A stretch of DNA of 64,000 nt from Nitrospirota bacterium (GTDB lineage Bacteria; Nitrospirota; Thermodesulfovibrionia; Thermodesulfovibrionales; UBA9159), in assembly GCA_963699545.1 (NCBI GenBank), contig CAVOUE010000005.1, positions 192,001 through 256,000 of the forward strand, given 5' to 3'. Positions within the stretch are counted from its first letter, which is position 1, and every line of letters begins with the position of its first letter. The position numbers and the translations under genes are program-made. Shown here one piece after another: positions 18,996 through 29,737 of the stretch. The notes beneath the pieces were generated by a model. That model ran no database searches, was not told the origin of the DNA, and worked only from the letters and a program-made list of their open reading frames with translations.

Positions 18996-21353
18996 TCACT
19001 TTCCGCCCAGTTCTTTCAGTCTTCTCTGGGCATTCTTGTCACGCGGATTCAGGACCAGCACATTCTCGTACTCCTCTCTCGCACGATGGAATATATGCAG
19101 CTTGTCATAAAGTTGCGCAAGATTAGACCTCAGTCCGTAGTCCGACGGATGATTCTTCACCCCTTCTTCGCAAAAAAACAGCGCCTGTTCAAGCTCGCCT
19201 TTTTTCTGATATATTCCTGTTATCCTGTAATATGCTTCACTCCCTGCGGCCCCTGTCCTTTTCATAACAGCGAGCGCGTCGAGATAGCTGTCCAATGCCT
19301 CCTGGATATCGCCCTTTTCTTCTCTATACTTCCCGTAAAGGAGCAGCGCAGATGGCGTATCGGGGATTGCGCCCCTTATTTCATCCGCGGTGAGTCTGCT
19401 CAGGGCAAGAGCGGTAATGTATTTCCCTGTATTATCGGGATCGAAGGCTATCGCCTCTTTCATCTCTTGTATCGCTTCCTCCTTCCGCCCCTGGGAAAAG
19501 AGCCACAACGAGTAATTCTTGCGCATCCATGCCGACATCGGGTCATAGAGCACCGCAAGTTTCATATATCTTGCCGCCCTGTCGTTGTCGCCTGCATTGC
19601 CGTAGGCAACACCCAGCATCTGCAAATACTCGCCGCGAACGGGATTCAGGGCCACCGCTCTCGAGAAATTGCCGACCATCTTTTCCTTCTTCCCGAGGGC
19701 ATAGTCGATAGTGCCCTTTGCAAAAGGCAGCCTGGCATCGAAGGGACTCAGTATGGCGGCCTTTTCCAGCATCGCCTCTTTTAAGGCAAGCTCCGACCCC
19801 TCCCTTAGCGACCCTTTTGCGAGCGAGTAGAGGACGTCGGCACCAGCATTGAACACGGGGATGGCGCAGATTAAAATACCCGTTACCCCAAGCCCGGCGA
19901 TCAGCCATTTTCTCGTCTGCTGCGGGATCCCTATCTCTCTCTCCCTGAGGTGTGTCCCTCCGTTTCCTTCTTTAACCCTTGCATGCGACACAGCCACCGC
20001 AAAACCCATCAGAAAACAAAAGTAAAGGCCGTTCGCGCCCAGCCGCAGGTTGAAGTCGGTCAGGCTGTGAATCATGATCGCTGTAATTCCTGTCACTGCG
20101 CCCAGAGAGAGGAGCCGCGAAGAGAGCGATTTCCGTCTCCTGAGCATCACGAACATTTTCCTGTAAAACGATCCCATGATATAAAGCATTATCAACAGTC
20201 CCGACAGACCGAGTTCGGCAGCGCCTTCTATGTAATCATTGTGAGCATGTTCCCAACGCTCCTGCGTCAGCACTGTCTTATAGCGGGGATAGACGTGCTC
20301 ATACGTTCCAAGGCCCGTACCGAACAGAGGGTATGCACGTATTATCTTCAGCGAATCTTTCCAGTTCTGTATCCTGTATTCACGGGAAGCGTCTGCGTAC
20401 CTTATTTTTTCGAACCGCTCAAAGACCGGTCCCCAGCCGAACCACCCGACGCTGAACAGCACAACGAGAAACAGCGCGACGATGGTCCGCCCCTTCTTTC
20501 TTGTTGAGTCTCTCAGCCAAAGCATCATCCCGAAGAAGAGCATCGAGAGGCTTAGTCCTATTATCCCGCCCCTTGACAGGCTCAGGAAGAGTGACGTACT
20601 CATGATCACCGCCGCGGTCCAGGCGAGAATAGCCCGGTTTGCCCGTCTGTGGGAAAAAAAATCGGCCACGGTCTTCTTTATGTCGCTGTCGCCCTTCGTT
20701 CCGGGGAGAGTATAGATGAGAAATCCGACACAGACAGGGATGAGCATCTCCATGAGACCGGCAAAATGGTTCCTGTTCACATACGGTCCAAAGGGCTGAC
20801 CCACCTGGCTTAATTCCCTGAACCAGAGCAGTTTCCCGTTCCACAATATCAGCTGGAATATTCCCAGGAGCGCGCAGCATGTCCCGATGACAAGGATGAC
20901 CTCGGTCATCAGGGTTATGGATCGTCTGTCTCTCAGCATCTGGACCGTAAGGCAATATACGCATGTGTATGCGATAAACCTCGCTATCTCCAAAAGGGTC
21001 GCATGGGGATAAAGGGAAATGGTAAGCCAGGGAAGAGCGCTTGTGTGGGGAAGATTCTCAGAGTAGACCCGGTATGTCTGGGGCGAAAGCACTTGGACAA
21101 ATGACGGAGGCATCGGAACGAGCTGCATGATTGCGAGTCCCAGGAGCAACACGACAGGCAGAAGAAAGGGCGGCTCTATGACAGAGATCGTCGTTTCCTT
21201 CTTGAACAGCCGGAAAAGCCACAGGAATAACAGAGAGATGCAAAGCACCTCCATTAGCGCAAGCGACCAGGGCTCAACCGTACCGAATAACAGGGGAGCG
21301 AGGAAAAGGAGGCAGATAAAACCGCGCTGAATGGCCTTCTCTACATCGATCAC
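18996..21353 (-). CDS. O-antigen ligase/Wzy-like membrane protein with C-terminal TPR region
   Basis: Multiple TM helices, GPYVNRNHFAG, SLSRGG, PLFGTGLGTY, HAHNDY; TPR-like helices in the last ~280 aa. Confidence 0.85.
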   Translation of the reverse strand: MIDVEKAIQRGFICLLFLAPLLFGTVEPWSLALMEVLCISLLFLWLFRLFKKETTISVIEPPFLLPVVLLLGLAIMQLVPMPPSFVQVLSPQTYRVYSENLPHTSALPWLTISLYPHATLLEIARFIAYTCVYCLTVQMLRDRRSITLMTEVILVIGTCCALLGIFQLILWNGKLLWFRELSQVGQPFGPYVNRNHFAGLMEMLIPVCVGFLIYTLPGTKGDSDIKKTVADFFSHRRANRAILAWTAAVIMSTSLFLSLSRGGIIGLSLSMLFFGMMLWLRDSTRKKGRTIVALFLVVLFSVGWFGWGPVFERFEKIRYADASREYRIQNWKDSLKIIRAYPLFGTGLGTYEHVYPRYKTVLTQERWEHAHNDYIEGAAELGLSGLLIMLYIMGSFYRKMFVMLRRRKSLSSRLLSLGAVTGITAIMIHSLTDFNLRLGANGLYFCFLMGFAVAVSHARVKEGNGGTHLREREIGIPQQTRKWLIAGLGVTGILICAIPVFNAGADVLYSLAKGSLREGSELALKEAMLEKAAILSPFDARLPFAKGTIDYALGKKEKMVGNFSRAVALNPVRGEYLQMLGVAYGNAGDNDRAARYMKLAVLYDPMSAWMRKNYSLWLFSQGRKEEAIQEMKEAIAFDPDNTGKYITALALSRLTADEIRGAIPDTPSALLLYGKYREEKGDIQEALDSYLDALAVMKRTGAAGSEAYYRITGIYQKKGELEQALFFCEEGVKNHPSDYGLRSNLAQLYDKLHIFHRAREEYENVLVLNPRDKNAQRRLKELGGK

Positions 21354-23529
21354 ACGGCCTTTCCCTTGTCCTGACCGTATTGAGAATAGTACGGATACAG
21401 GTACCTGTATCCTTCTCTCTTCGTATCCACCCTGTTCAGGACCACCCCCAATATTTTGGCGTTGATGTCCTTGAGCAGCTTTGTCCCTCTCTTCGCCACT
21501 TCAAACGTCGTTTTACCGCTCCTGACCACGACTACTGTCCCGTCTACCAGATCCGAGAGAATCGTTGTGTCCGTCACGGTAATAAGGGGTGCTGTGTCGA
21601 ACACCACGATATCAAACTTCTCATTTACAATATGCAGGAACTCCTTCATCCTCTTCGACCCGAGGAGCTCCGATGGATTCGGCGGCAACGGGCCCGCGGT
21701 GATGATGCTCAGATGGGGGACGGGGCTGGTCTTTATCATATCCCTGACAACCTGGCGTGCAAGGAAACTGCTGAGCCCTATGGAGTTCTCCATTCCGAAG
21801 ACGGTGTGCACCTTCGGTTTCCTGAGATCCGCGTCCACAAGCAAGACCATCTTTTCCATCTGTGCCAGGGTGATGGCGAGGTTGATCGCGGTGGTCGTCT
21901 TGCCCTCATCCTCCAATGAACTGGTCACCACAAAACTCTTTACCGGCTCCACTGCCGAAAGCAGAATGCTCGTTCGCAGGGCCCTGTATGTTCTCCGAGA
22001 CAGTGGATTTCTGATCTGTGTGCGTGATCGCTTCCAGCCGCTCTTCCGGATCGGTCTTGCTGAAAAAAGGAATCACCCCAAGGAGCGGCAGCGAGAGTTT
22101 TTCCTCAACATCTTCCGGTTTCTTGAAGGTGTTGTCGACATATTCGAGGAAGAACGCGATTCCCACTCCACCGAACAGGCCCACGATGACGGAGAGGAGG
22201 ACATTGAGAAGCCTCCTGGGCCTCACCGGACTCTTGGGCACCTCTGCCCTGTCGACGATGTAGATGTTGAAGGATTTCACTTCCTCAATAAGACTCGTCT
22301 TCCTTAATGCGTTTCAGAAGCGCATCATATATCTGTTGATTGCTGTCGACCTCGCGTTTGAGGACACCGTATTCTATCGACTTCGCAGAGAGAGACATGG
22401 CCTCACCCTTCCCCTGCGCCAAAGAACTTCTCAGTCCGGCCTCTTTTGTCTTCGCAAGTTCGTAATCGTTCTTCATCGCAGTGATGATCCTTTTCGACTC
22501 GCTGGACATCCTCTCCCGAATTGCTCTCAGGTCTTCCTTCAGTAATATCATCTGGGGATGTTTCTCTCCGAACTTCTTCGACATCTCCATCACATCCTTT
22601 TCCCTTCTTATCTCGTCCGTCCTGAGAGACTGCATCACCGGATCCCCTGCTACGGCAGGCACCGTGAGGGCTCCCGCAAGGTTGTTCGTAAGGTCCTTCA
22701 CCTGATTGTACAGGGCCTCGACCTCCTTCCTCCTGCTTTCCGCCATGACCAGTTGGGAGCTCAGGCTCTGGACCTTCTGAGGTGTGATCGCCTCCTTGCT
22801 CTCCAGTTCTACGATATCCTTGTCCTTCATGTACTCCTGAAGCGCCCTCTGCGACTGCTCCAGCAACTTCTTCTGTTCATCGATCTTCTTCGACATCCAC
22901 TCAACAGCATGCTTTGCCGTCCCCATCTTGATATCAAGGACCTGCTCTACATAGGCATCCGCCACGCCGTTGGCGACGTATGCCGCCAGGTTCGGATCGT
23001 GGTACTCATAACTGATGTTCACTATCCTGCTGCCCTTTATGGGATCCACCCTGAGGTTTCCCTGAACTTTCTTTGCTAGGACCAACAGGGGGTCCTCGAG
23101 GCTCCTTTCTTCCGGAGCATTCTTCCTTGTCGAGACGACATTCCTCAGCATGCCGAAGAACCCGCTCAGCGCACCCCCGCCCGATTTCTTCGCTGCCGGG
23201 TTGAAAGCCGGGTTATTCTGAAGGGTGAGATTCTTCACGACTTTATATGCAACCGCACCGCTTCTTATAAGCTCATACTGGGTGTGATAGTAGTCCTCTG
23301 AATAGAGGTCGGTATACACGGCATTGATATTCGACAAATACTGGTTCTCCCTGTCGATGAGAACGCGTGTCGTGGCCCTGTACACAGGTGTGGTCGTCAG
23401 GGTACCTATGGTAACCACAACAACAAGCACGGAGAAGAACGTAAGAACACTGTTGCTTCTCTTTACGATGACCTTCCAGTAGTCTCGCAGGTGTATCTCT
23501 TCGTCTTGAGGTCTTTCCATTCCGTCCAT
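21350..23529 (-). CDS. wzc: Wzc/GumC-type polysaccharide co-polymerase with BY-kinase domain (two frameshifts, near 22285 and 21985)
   Basis: EEIHLRDYW, PVYRAT, coiled coil, P-rich PKSPVRP before TM2, Walker A SSLEDEGKT, VDADLRKP, FDTAP, Tyr cluster YRYLYPYYSQY. Confidence 0.88.
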
Positions 23530-23539
23530 ATGTCGTTGA

Positions 23540-24343
23540 TCAGAAGAAGCTCTCGGGAACCACAATCACGTCATCAGGTCTGACGAGTTCATTGAGCCCG
23601 ACCTTCTCCAGAGTCTTCTCCTTTCCCTCTTCCATCCTCTTTATCTTTATTCGCCTCTCCGCTGCTTTGTCGGTAAATCCTCCTGCCATAGTGATCGCCT
23701 TGAGGACAGTAGTGCCTTCTTCGTACTTATACACATCAGGCTTCTTCACCTCTCCGCTCACGTAGAAGAATCCCGCCTTCTGAATGTAGATGCTGTCCCC
23801 GTCCTGCAGGCTCATATCAGCACTCGTATCACCCTTTTCTACCAGTCGTTTCAGGTCAATGGTGAACGTCTGCTCGCCCTGCTTCAGTTTGCGCTTCACG
23901 ATTGCCTTGTCCCCTGCGTCCTTTGTGATACCTCCTGCCCTTGAGAGAAGTTCCAGAAAGCTCGTTTGTCCAGGGAGTTCGTACAGGCCCGGCCTCGAAA
24001 CTTCTCCAATAGCCGTCACCTTCTTGCTCCTGAACTCCTCGATGAACACAATCACCTGGGGATTAACGATGAAGCCGTTGGCGAGCAGTTCGCTGATCTT
24101 GCCCGCTATCTGCGGTATCGTCAGTCCCGACACCTTCACCTCTCCCAGGAGAGGAAAGAAGATCGTGCCCTCACCGCTCACCCTTGCAAGGCTGGAAAGG
24201 TCAGCATGGTCGTATACGGTAATACGGAGCACGTCCCGCTCTCCCACCACATAGTCCTGGGAAAGCACCACAGAGCGGAGCGTCGTCAACACAAGCACGG
24301 CCAGAAGGACTAGGCACAGCACTGCTGTCCGGCGACTTAGCAT
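23540..24343 (-). CDS. Polysaccharide export protein, Wza/SLBB family
   Basis: DYVVGERDVLRITVY, IFFPLLGEVKVSG, two SLBB motifs (GEVSRPGLY, GEVKKPDVY), PDDVIVVPESFF. Confidence 0.9.
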   Translation of the reverse strand: MLSRRTAVLCLVLLAVLVLTTLRSVVLSQDYVVGERDVLRITVYDHADLSSLARVSGEGTIFFPLLGEVKVSGLTIPQIAGKISELLANGFIVNPQVIVFIEEFRSKKVTAIGEVSRPGLYELPGQTSFLELLSRAGGITKDAGDKAIVKRKLKQGEQTFTIDLKRLVEKGDTSADMSLQDGDSIYIQKAGFFYVSGEVKKPDVYKYEEGTTVLKAITMAGGFTDKAAERRIKIKRMEEGKEKTLEKVGLNELVRPDDVIVVPESFF

Positions 24344-24353
24344 CTTTCTTACC

Positions 24354-25502
24354 TCACGGAGTCGCAACAACTTTAAGATAATAGGTGTTGTTCGGATAAC
24401 TATACGTTTCAATGGTCGAACTCCGGTCAGTATGACTGTATCCCGCCTCAGCCCTCAACCAGTTCTTTATCTGGTAGATGAGCCCGATGCGCCCCTCCCA
24501 CGTGTCGTCCCTTCTTGGCTGCTCGCCTCGGTAGCTGTCCCTGCCATACGACAGATAAGCCTTTCCCGTGATCTTTCCCGTGAACTTATGAAGATATTCC
24601 AAGGAGAGCCCCGTGGTCACAAAGAAGTCATTCTGCGGGTTATTCGTCTCGTTCGTACTCCGTATCCCCCCCACCCTCAGCGAGTCCCTCGTGCTGAAAT
24701 TATGGTCAATGGTGATCTCCATGACAACGTCGCCATACCCATCAACGGTCGGATCCTTGAAGTCCTTTGTGCCATACCCTACCTTTACGGTCCCTTTCGT
24801 TTTTCCCGTAATGTCCCACGTAACCCCGCCGAAGAGATGGTGTTCTTTGCTATTCAGATCGCTAGGCTGCGCATAATTGACTACCAGATAGTCGTATTCG
24901 ATAAATGCAGCGGTCTTCGGCAAGAACCGATAATAGAGATATCCGGACACGCCATTGTCCGTCCTGTTCCTGAACTCGTTCCTGTCGGCATCATAACGCA
25001 GGATGAAGTTGGTCAAATCAAACCTCAGCTTGAACCTGTCGGATAAATTGTATGCAGCGCTCACCCTGCCAAGATTACTGTCGAAAAAATCAAGTTCCGG
25101 GCTGATGTTCAGTCCCCTCGGGTCATGGCCCCTGTTGAATTCATCGTTCACAACGAACTCGAGCCCCACGGGAAACCTTATCTCGAATCTCCCGGCAGCC
25201 TTGTGGCTGACCGCGTTCTCCGAGGTGAACGTGTTGAACCGCTCCACATCGGCCTGGTATATAAGCTCAAGCTCGTATCTCTTCTTGCTCCTCGGGAAAA
25301 TTATTTGTACGCCGGGGCTTATCACGGTCGAGAAATCGCTCTCCCGGTCGGTATCCGTATTAAAGACATTATCCGTAAAACGCTCGGTTAAGCCAAGGGA
25401 AGGATGAATCTCAAATTCGCCGAATCGCACGGCCTGAGAGTCGCTGCTGAAGGTCGCGCTAGCAAGGCATGCCACCACAACAGCAAACATGTACTTTCTC
25501 AT
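24354..25502 (-). CDS. Outer-membrane beta-barrel protein of EPS loci
   Basis: Signal peptide, alternating beta-strand pattern, ends YYLKVVATP; adjacent to wza. Confidence 0.75.
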   Translation of the reverse strand: MRKYMFAVVVACLASATFSSDSQAVRFGEFEIHPSLGLTERFTDNVFNTDTDRESDFSTVISPGVQIIFPRSKKRYELELIYQADVERFNTFTSENAVSHKAAGRFEIRFPVGLEFVVNDEFNRGHDPRGLNISPELDFFDSNLGRVSAAYNLSDRFKLRFDLTNFILRYDADRNEFRNRTDNGVSGYLYYRFLPKTAAFIEYDYLVVNYAQPSDLNSKEHHLFGGVTWDITGKTKGTVKVGYGTKDFKDPTVDGYGDVVMEITIDHNFSTRDSLRVGGIRSTNETNNPQNDFFVTTGLSLEYLHKFTGKITGKAYLSYGRDSYRGEQPRRDDTWEGRIGLIYQIKNWLRAEAGYSHTDRSSTIETYSYPNNTYYLKVVATP

Positions 25503-26027
25503 CTACGGTTGAACCGGACTTACTGTGCCTGTACCACCTCCTCCTCCACCGATGACGGGAGCGAATGTTGGTGTGTATCCAGGGGTTACCGGCGGCGGGG
25601 TATAGCCAAGCCCCGGCAATCCGAGTCTCTCTATGGTCCTTGCCAAAACATCAGTATCGACACCCGCCTCGATCAGACACGTCACAATAACAGGCGATGT
25701 GGCCCCTGCCCTGTATGCTGCGGTTATGACATCTTCCAGTTTTCCCCCCGCCTGTATCGCGCACCGCACCACCACGCATGCAGGATGACCCATCGCTATC
25801 GCGTTATTCACTATATCAGAGGTGTTTCCTCCGGACCGTATCATGTCGCTCACCACTGAACAGATCCCCTTACCGCCGGAAAGGGCATCTGCGATACTGT
25901 CCCTGACGGAATTATCAAGCGCGCCCTTATTCCCCACCTGGCAAGGCGCAGAAGCTGGTAACAGGCTGATCAGCACGACAACGCTGAAAAGCAAGGTTGC
26001 AACGGCTCTTTTTCTGTTCATCAGCAC
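25503..26027 (-). CDS. Hypothetical secreted protein with short helical repeats and Pro/Gly tail
   Basis: Signal peptide, repeated V(V)xxAIxAG units with Cys, tail GLGYTPPPVTPGYTP...GGGGGG...SPVQP; its stop codon abuts the next ATG. Confidence 0.65.
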   Translation of the reverse strand: MLMNRKRAVATLLFSVVVLISLLPASAPCQVGNKGALDNSVRDSIADALSGGKGICSVVSDMIRSGGNTSDIVNNAIAMGHPACVVVRCAIQAGGKLEDVITAAYRAGATSPVIVTCLIEAGVDTDVLARTIERLGLPGLGYTPPPVTPGYTPTFAPVIGGGGGGTGTVSPVQP

Positions 26028-26080
26028 CTCTCCTCTTCCTTCCGTTTATCTTATTTATTTCATTAATTTACCTATAAAAA

Positions 26081-26110
26081 ATGTTATCATTAAAGGCATT
26101 TGGTTGTCAA
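26081..26110 (-). promoter_or_regulatory. Sigma-70-type promoter for the EPS-export block
   Basis: Minus strand TTGACA-N18-TAACAT with extended TG, in an AT-rich divergent gap. Confidence 0.5.
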
Positions 26111-26140
26111 GACATATATAAACAGTGCAAGGAGATAAGT

Positions 26141-26941
26141 ATGGGTAAGATAACGGTAAATGACTTTCTGAAAAAAAAGACAGAACGGAAGAAGATAACC
26201 ATGATTACTGCCTACGACTATCCCTTTGCCATGATCGCCGATGAAGCGGGGATCGATGCACTCCTTGTGGGAGATTCCCTGTGCATGGTCGTACAGGGTC
26301 ACGAGAACACCCTGCCCGTGACCATGGATGAAATGATCTACCATACGAAGATGGTATCAAGGGCCGCTCGGAACGCGATGGTCATCGGGGACATGCCTTT
26401 TATGTCCTATCAGGCGGGCCGGGAAGATGCGATCCGTAACGCAGGGAGATTCCTCAAGGAGGCAGGGGCTTCCGCCATAAAGTTGGAGGGAGGCTCCGAG
26501 GTTCTGGGACATATTGAGGCCCTGACAAAGGCTGATATTCCGGTAATGGCACACTTGGGGCTGACCCCCCAGGCAGTTCACCGCATGGGGGGGTATAAAG
26601 TCCAGGGAAGAGACGAGGACGCGGCAAGAAAATTACTGGAAGAAGCCCGTGCAGTGGAAGATGCAGGCGCCTTTGCCCTTATCCTCGAGGCCATTCCCAC
26701 GGACCTGGCAGGGAAGATCACGGAAGCGATATCAATCCCGACCATAGGCATCGGAGCAGGACCCCATTGCGACGGCCAGGTACTGGTCCTCCATGACGTC
26801 CTCGGGCTCTTCGAGAGGTTCATCCCGAAATTCGTGAGGAGATACGCACACATGAGAGAAGATGCATTGAAGGCCATCCGGACCTACAGGGATGAGGTGG
26901 AAAAAGGACTCTTTCCCGGTGAAGAAGAGAGCTTTAGGTAA
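26141..26941 (+). CDS. panB: 3-methyl-2-oxobutanoate hydroxymethyltransferase
   Basis: [46 protein letters not shown]. Confidence 0.97.
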   Translation: MGKITVNDFLKKKTERKKITMITAYDYPFAMIADEAGIDALLVGDSLCMVVQGHENTLPVTMDEMIYHTKMVSRAARNAMVIGDMPFMSYQAGREDAIRNAGRFLKEAGASAIKLEGGSEVLGHIEALTKADIPVMAHLGLTPQAVHRMGGYKVQGRDEDAARKLLEEARAVEDAGAFALILEAIPTDLAGKITEAISIPTIGIGAGPHCDGQVLVLHDVLGLFERFIPKFVRRYAHMREDALKAIRTYRDEVEKGLFPGEEESFR

Positions 26942-27119
26942 GGCAACGATGCATCCATCTGCAAGCACGGTAATAACCTTCTGTTCATGGGAGAAATGAT
27001 CATATCCCCCCGGGTTTCTCCATTGTTTCTGATTTATCGGCAATTCCCTGCTTTTTGAATCAATTGCACATTTTCTGTTGAAATGTTTCCCGCTTTCTGG
27101 TATATTGGAAACGTTTTGT

Positions 27120-27651
27120 ATGGACGACAGAGAAAAGAAATCACTCCTGGAGGCGCTGTTGTTCTTTTCGGGAGAGCCCTTAACACCATCAACCCTTAAG
27201 GGCATCACGGAGGTGGATGAGCCGGAGATCAGGAGAGCTCATGGACGGGCTGATGGCCGACTACCGCACAAGGGAGAGTGGCATCCTTATAGCGGAGATA
27301 GCCAATGGATATCAGATGGTGACCGATCCAAGGCACTCCCCGTGGATAAAAAAAATGAAGAACTCCCAGGTGTCGAGCAGGCTTTCCCTGGCTGCCCTTG
27401 AGACGCTGGCGATCGTCGCATACAGGCAACCCATTATCAAGGCAGAGATAGAACAGGTGAGAGGGGTGAACGCGGACGGGGTAATAAAGACGCTCCTGGA
27501 CAGAAGACTGATAAAGATAATGGGCAAAAAGGAGGCTCCGGGCAAGCCGCTTCTCTATGGAACGACGAAGGAGTTCTTGCAGCATTTCGGACTGAAGGAC
27601 CTTGCAGAACTGCCCACCCTCAAAGATTTGGCGAGGGATGAGGCAATCTAA
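27120..27651 (+). CDS. scpB: SMC-Scp complex subunit ScpB (frameshift near 27235)
   Basis: LEALLFFSGEPL, LSLAALETLAIVAYRQP, PGKPLLYGTTKEFLQHFGL. Confidence 0.93.
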
Positions 27652-27663
27652 AGGAGGTTAGAC

Positions 27664-28781
27664 ATGAAACTATGGTCTGTTCTGATGGCCCTTATTCTTT
27701 TCCTTGTGACAAATACTGCTGAAGCAAGCCAGACGTACGTGGTCAGGAAAGGCGACAGCCTTTATACAATAGCGAAGAAATTCAGGATTGATCAGAGCAA
27801 GATCGAGGAAGCGAACAGCCTTGATTCCGTCAAGCTCAGGCCCGGGGATAAATTAAAGATACCGACGAAGAGGACCTCCGGGGGAAGACAGATCAGCGGG
27901 AATGAGGTGACAGAGTCATCCAGGTCAGCCCGACCTGTGTCCGGAACCATGACCTCAGAGCCTTCCGCTGCACAGGACCCCCCCTACCACACCGTGAGGA
28001 AAGGGGATACCCTTGCGTCCATCGCCAAGAAATATTCCCTCTCAGTAAAAGACCTTAAAGAGCTGAATGACCTCGCCAGGACGACGAAGCTCAAGCCCGG
28101 CCGGCAACTCCTTGTAAAAAGAACCGGCCCGAAGACCTATACGATAAGAAAGGGCGACACGCTGTCGAAGATAGCGAAAAAATGCAGTGTGAGCGCTGAA
28201 GAGCTTCAGGATCTGAACGAGCTGGAATCGGATGACCTGAAACCCGGTCAGAAGCTGATCATTGAGCCCTGGACAGAACAGCATGAGATGAGGAATTATC
28301 CCATACTCTCCGCAGCAAGCCTTTCCGAGGATATCAGGACCCTTGCGGAATCTCCTGAACTTGATTCCATTGGCATGAAGGAACGCCTCATTCTTTTTGC
28401 CAGAAGAATGCTTAATATTCCTTATCGTTTCGGGGGGAGCACCTTTATGGGCATCGATTGCTCGGGTACGTTCAGAAGGTCTTCGGTTTCCTCGACGTAT
28501 CTCTGCCGAGGACAGCCCGGGAGCAGTTCCATATCGGCGAACCTGTCAGCAAAGAAGAACTCTCGATCGGCGACCTTGTTTTCTTCCGCACCTATGCCTC
28601 CTTCCCTTCCCATGTGGGCATCTACCTCGGAAATGATCTTTTTATCCATGCTTCATCACGAAGTAGGAAGGTTTCCATAGACAGTCTGGACACCCCGTAT
28701 TACGTCAAGCACTTCATCGGTGCAAAGAGATTGTTCGGTGATGAACTGGACAAGCGGATCAATCTCAAAGAGCAGGGCTGA
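27664..28781 (+). CDS. Three-LysM + NlpC/P60 cell-wall peptidase (frameshift near 28467)
   Basis: Three YxV(I)RKGDxLxxIAKK LysM motifs; PYRFGG..GIDCSG, GDLVFF, SHVGIY, FIHASS. Confidence 0.92.
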
Positions 28782-28853
28782 TCCTCTCTCTATTCTCTGT
28801 CTCCCGTCCCCGGTGTTGAGAGGTCATACGTCTCTACCCCTCACCCTCAAAGG

Positions 28854-29591
28854 CTATCTCGTCACTTTCTGCTTCACCTTTTGCTTTGCGCGAAATGCCG
28901 TTGGCGACGCCCCATAAACCGTCTTGAAGACCCGCCCAAAATGCGTCACGCTTTCATACCCCACAAAGGTCGCAATCTCTGTAACCGTGAGGTTGGGATC
29001 GTCCAGAAGCCTCGCGGCTTTCTTGACCCTGATGCTGTTCAGGTAGGAGATGAAACTCAAACCGAACCGGCCCTTGAATGCCCGGCAGAAATTGAACCTG
29101 CTCATACAGACCATACGAGCCAGTTTGTCAAGGCTCAGGTCCTCCATGGAGCGGTCTTCGATATACGCTGCGATACCGTCCATGATGAATTCTTCTCTTG
29201 TTACGGTATCTTTCCAAAAAGTATTGCCGAGGTTCATGCCCAGGATTTCTGAAAGCCGTTTCATAAGATAGGAGAAACTCAGCGGCTTCTTGATGTAATC
29301 CGTGACCCCTTCTCTGAGCGCCTTTATCACCACATGTTCACTGCCGTATCCCGTCATGAGGATAACAGGGAGGGACGGGCTCGCTTCCCGCACCGCTTTC
29401 AGAACCTCGAACCCGTCACGATCAGGAAGGGCATAATCGATAAGGGCAAGATCCATGGGATGAGTAAGCTGACGGAGCGCTTCGGAATGCGTCGATGCTT
29501 CCAGCACGTCATATTCTCTTTCAAGGGCACCCCGGATCATCTCCCTCACCACAGCCTCGTCCTCAACCAGAAGAATGACCTTCCTCTTCAC
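28854..29591 (-). CDS. Response regulator with AraC-type HTH output
   Basis: REC domain (ILLVEDE, LIDYALP, KKP) plus AraC domain (SLDKLA..FCRAFK..VGYESVTHFGRVFK). Confidence 0.9.
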   Translation of the reverse strand: MKRKVILLVEDEAVVREMIRGALEREYDVLEASTHSEALRQLTHPMDLALIDYALPDRDGFEVLKAVREASPSLPVILMTGYGSEHVVIKALREGVTDYIKKPLSFSYLMKRLSEILGMNLGNTFWKDTVTREEFIMDGIAAYIEDRSMEDLSLDKLARMVCMSRFNFCRAFKGRFGLSFISYLNSIRVKKAARLLDDPNLTVTEIATFVGYESVTHFGRVFKTVYGASPTAFRAKQKVKQKVTR

Positions 29592-29737
29592 GTCCCCCCC
29601 CCAAGAAAACATCCCCCGACTTGTTGCAAAAAGCTTTCTCTCGGCGAAAATAATATACTGTTGCAGATTTATAACAGAACAGGGCACGTTTTGTAAATAC
29701 TATTCGCCACTCGCTAAAAAAACCTTACCCGGGGGTT

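Noticed and set aside
18888-19784. Long plus-strand ORF (298 aa) and similar antisense ORFs (e.g. 6261-7142, 9081-9893, 37927-38988, 55286-56209)
   Set aside because: They are shadows of well-supported opposite-strand genes in GC-rich DNA and show no recognisable motifs.
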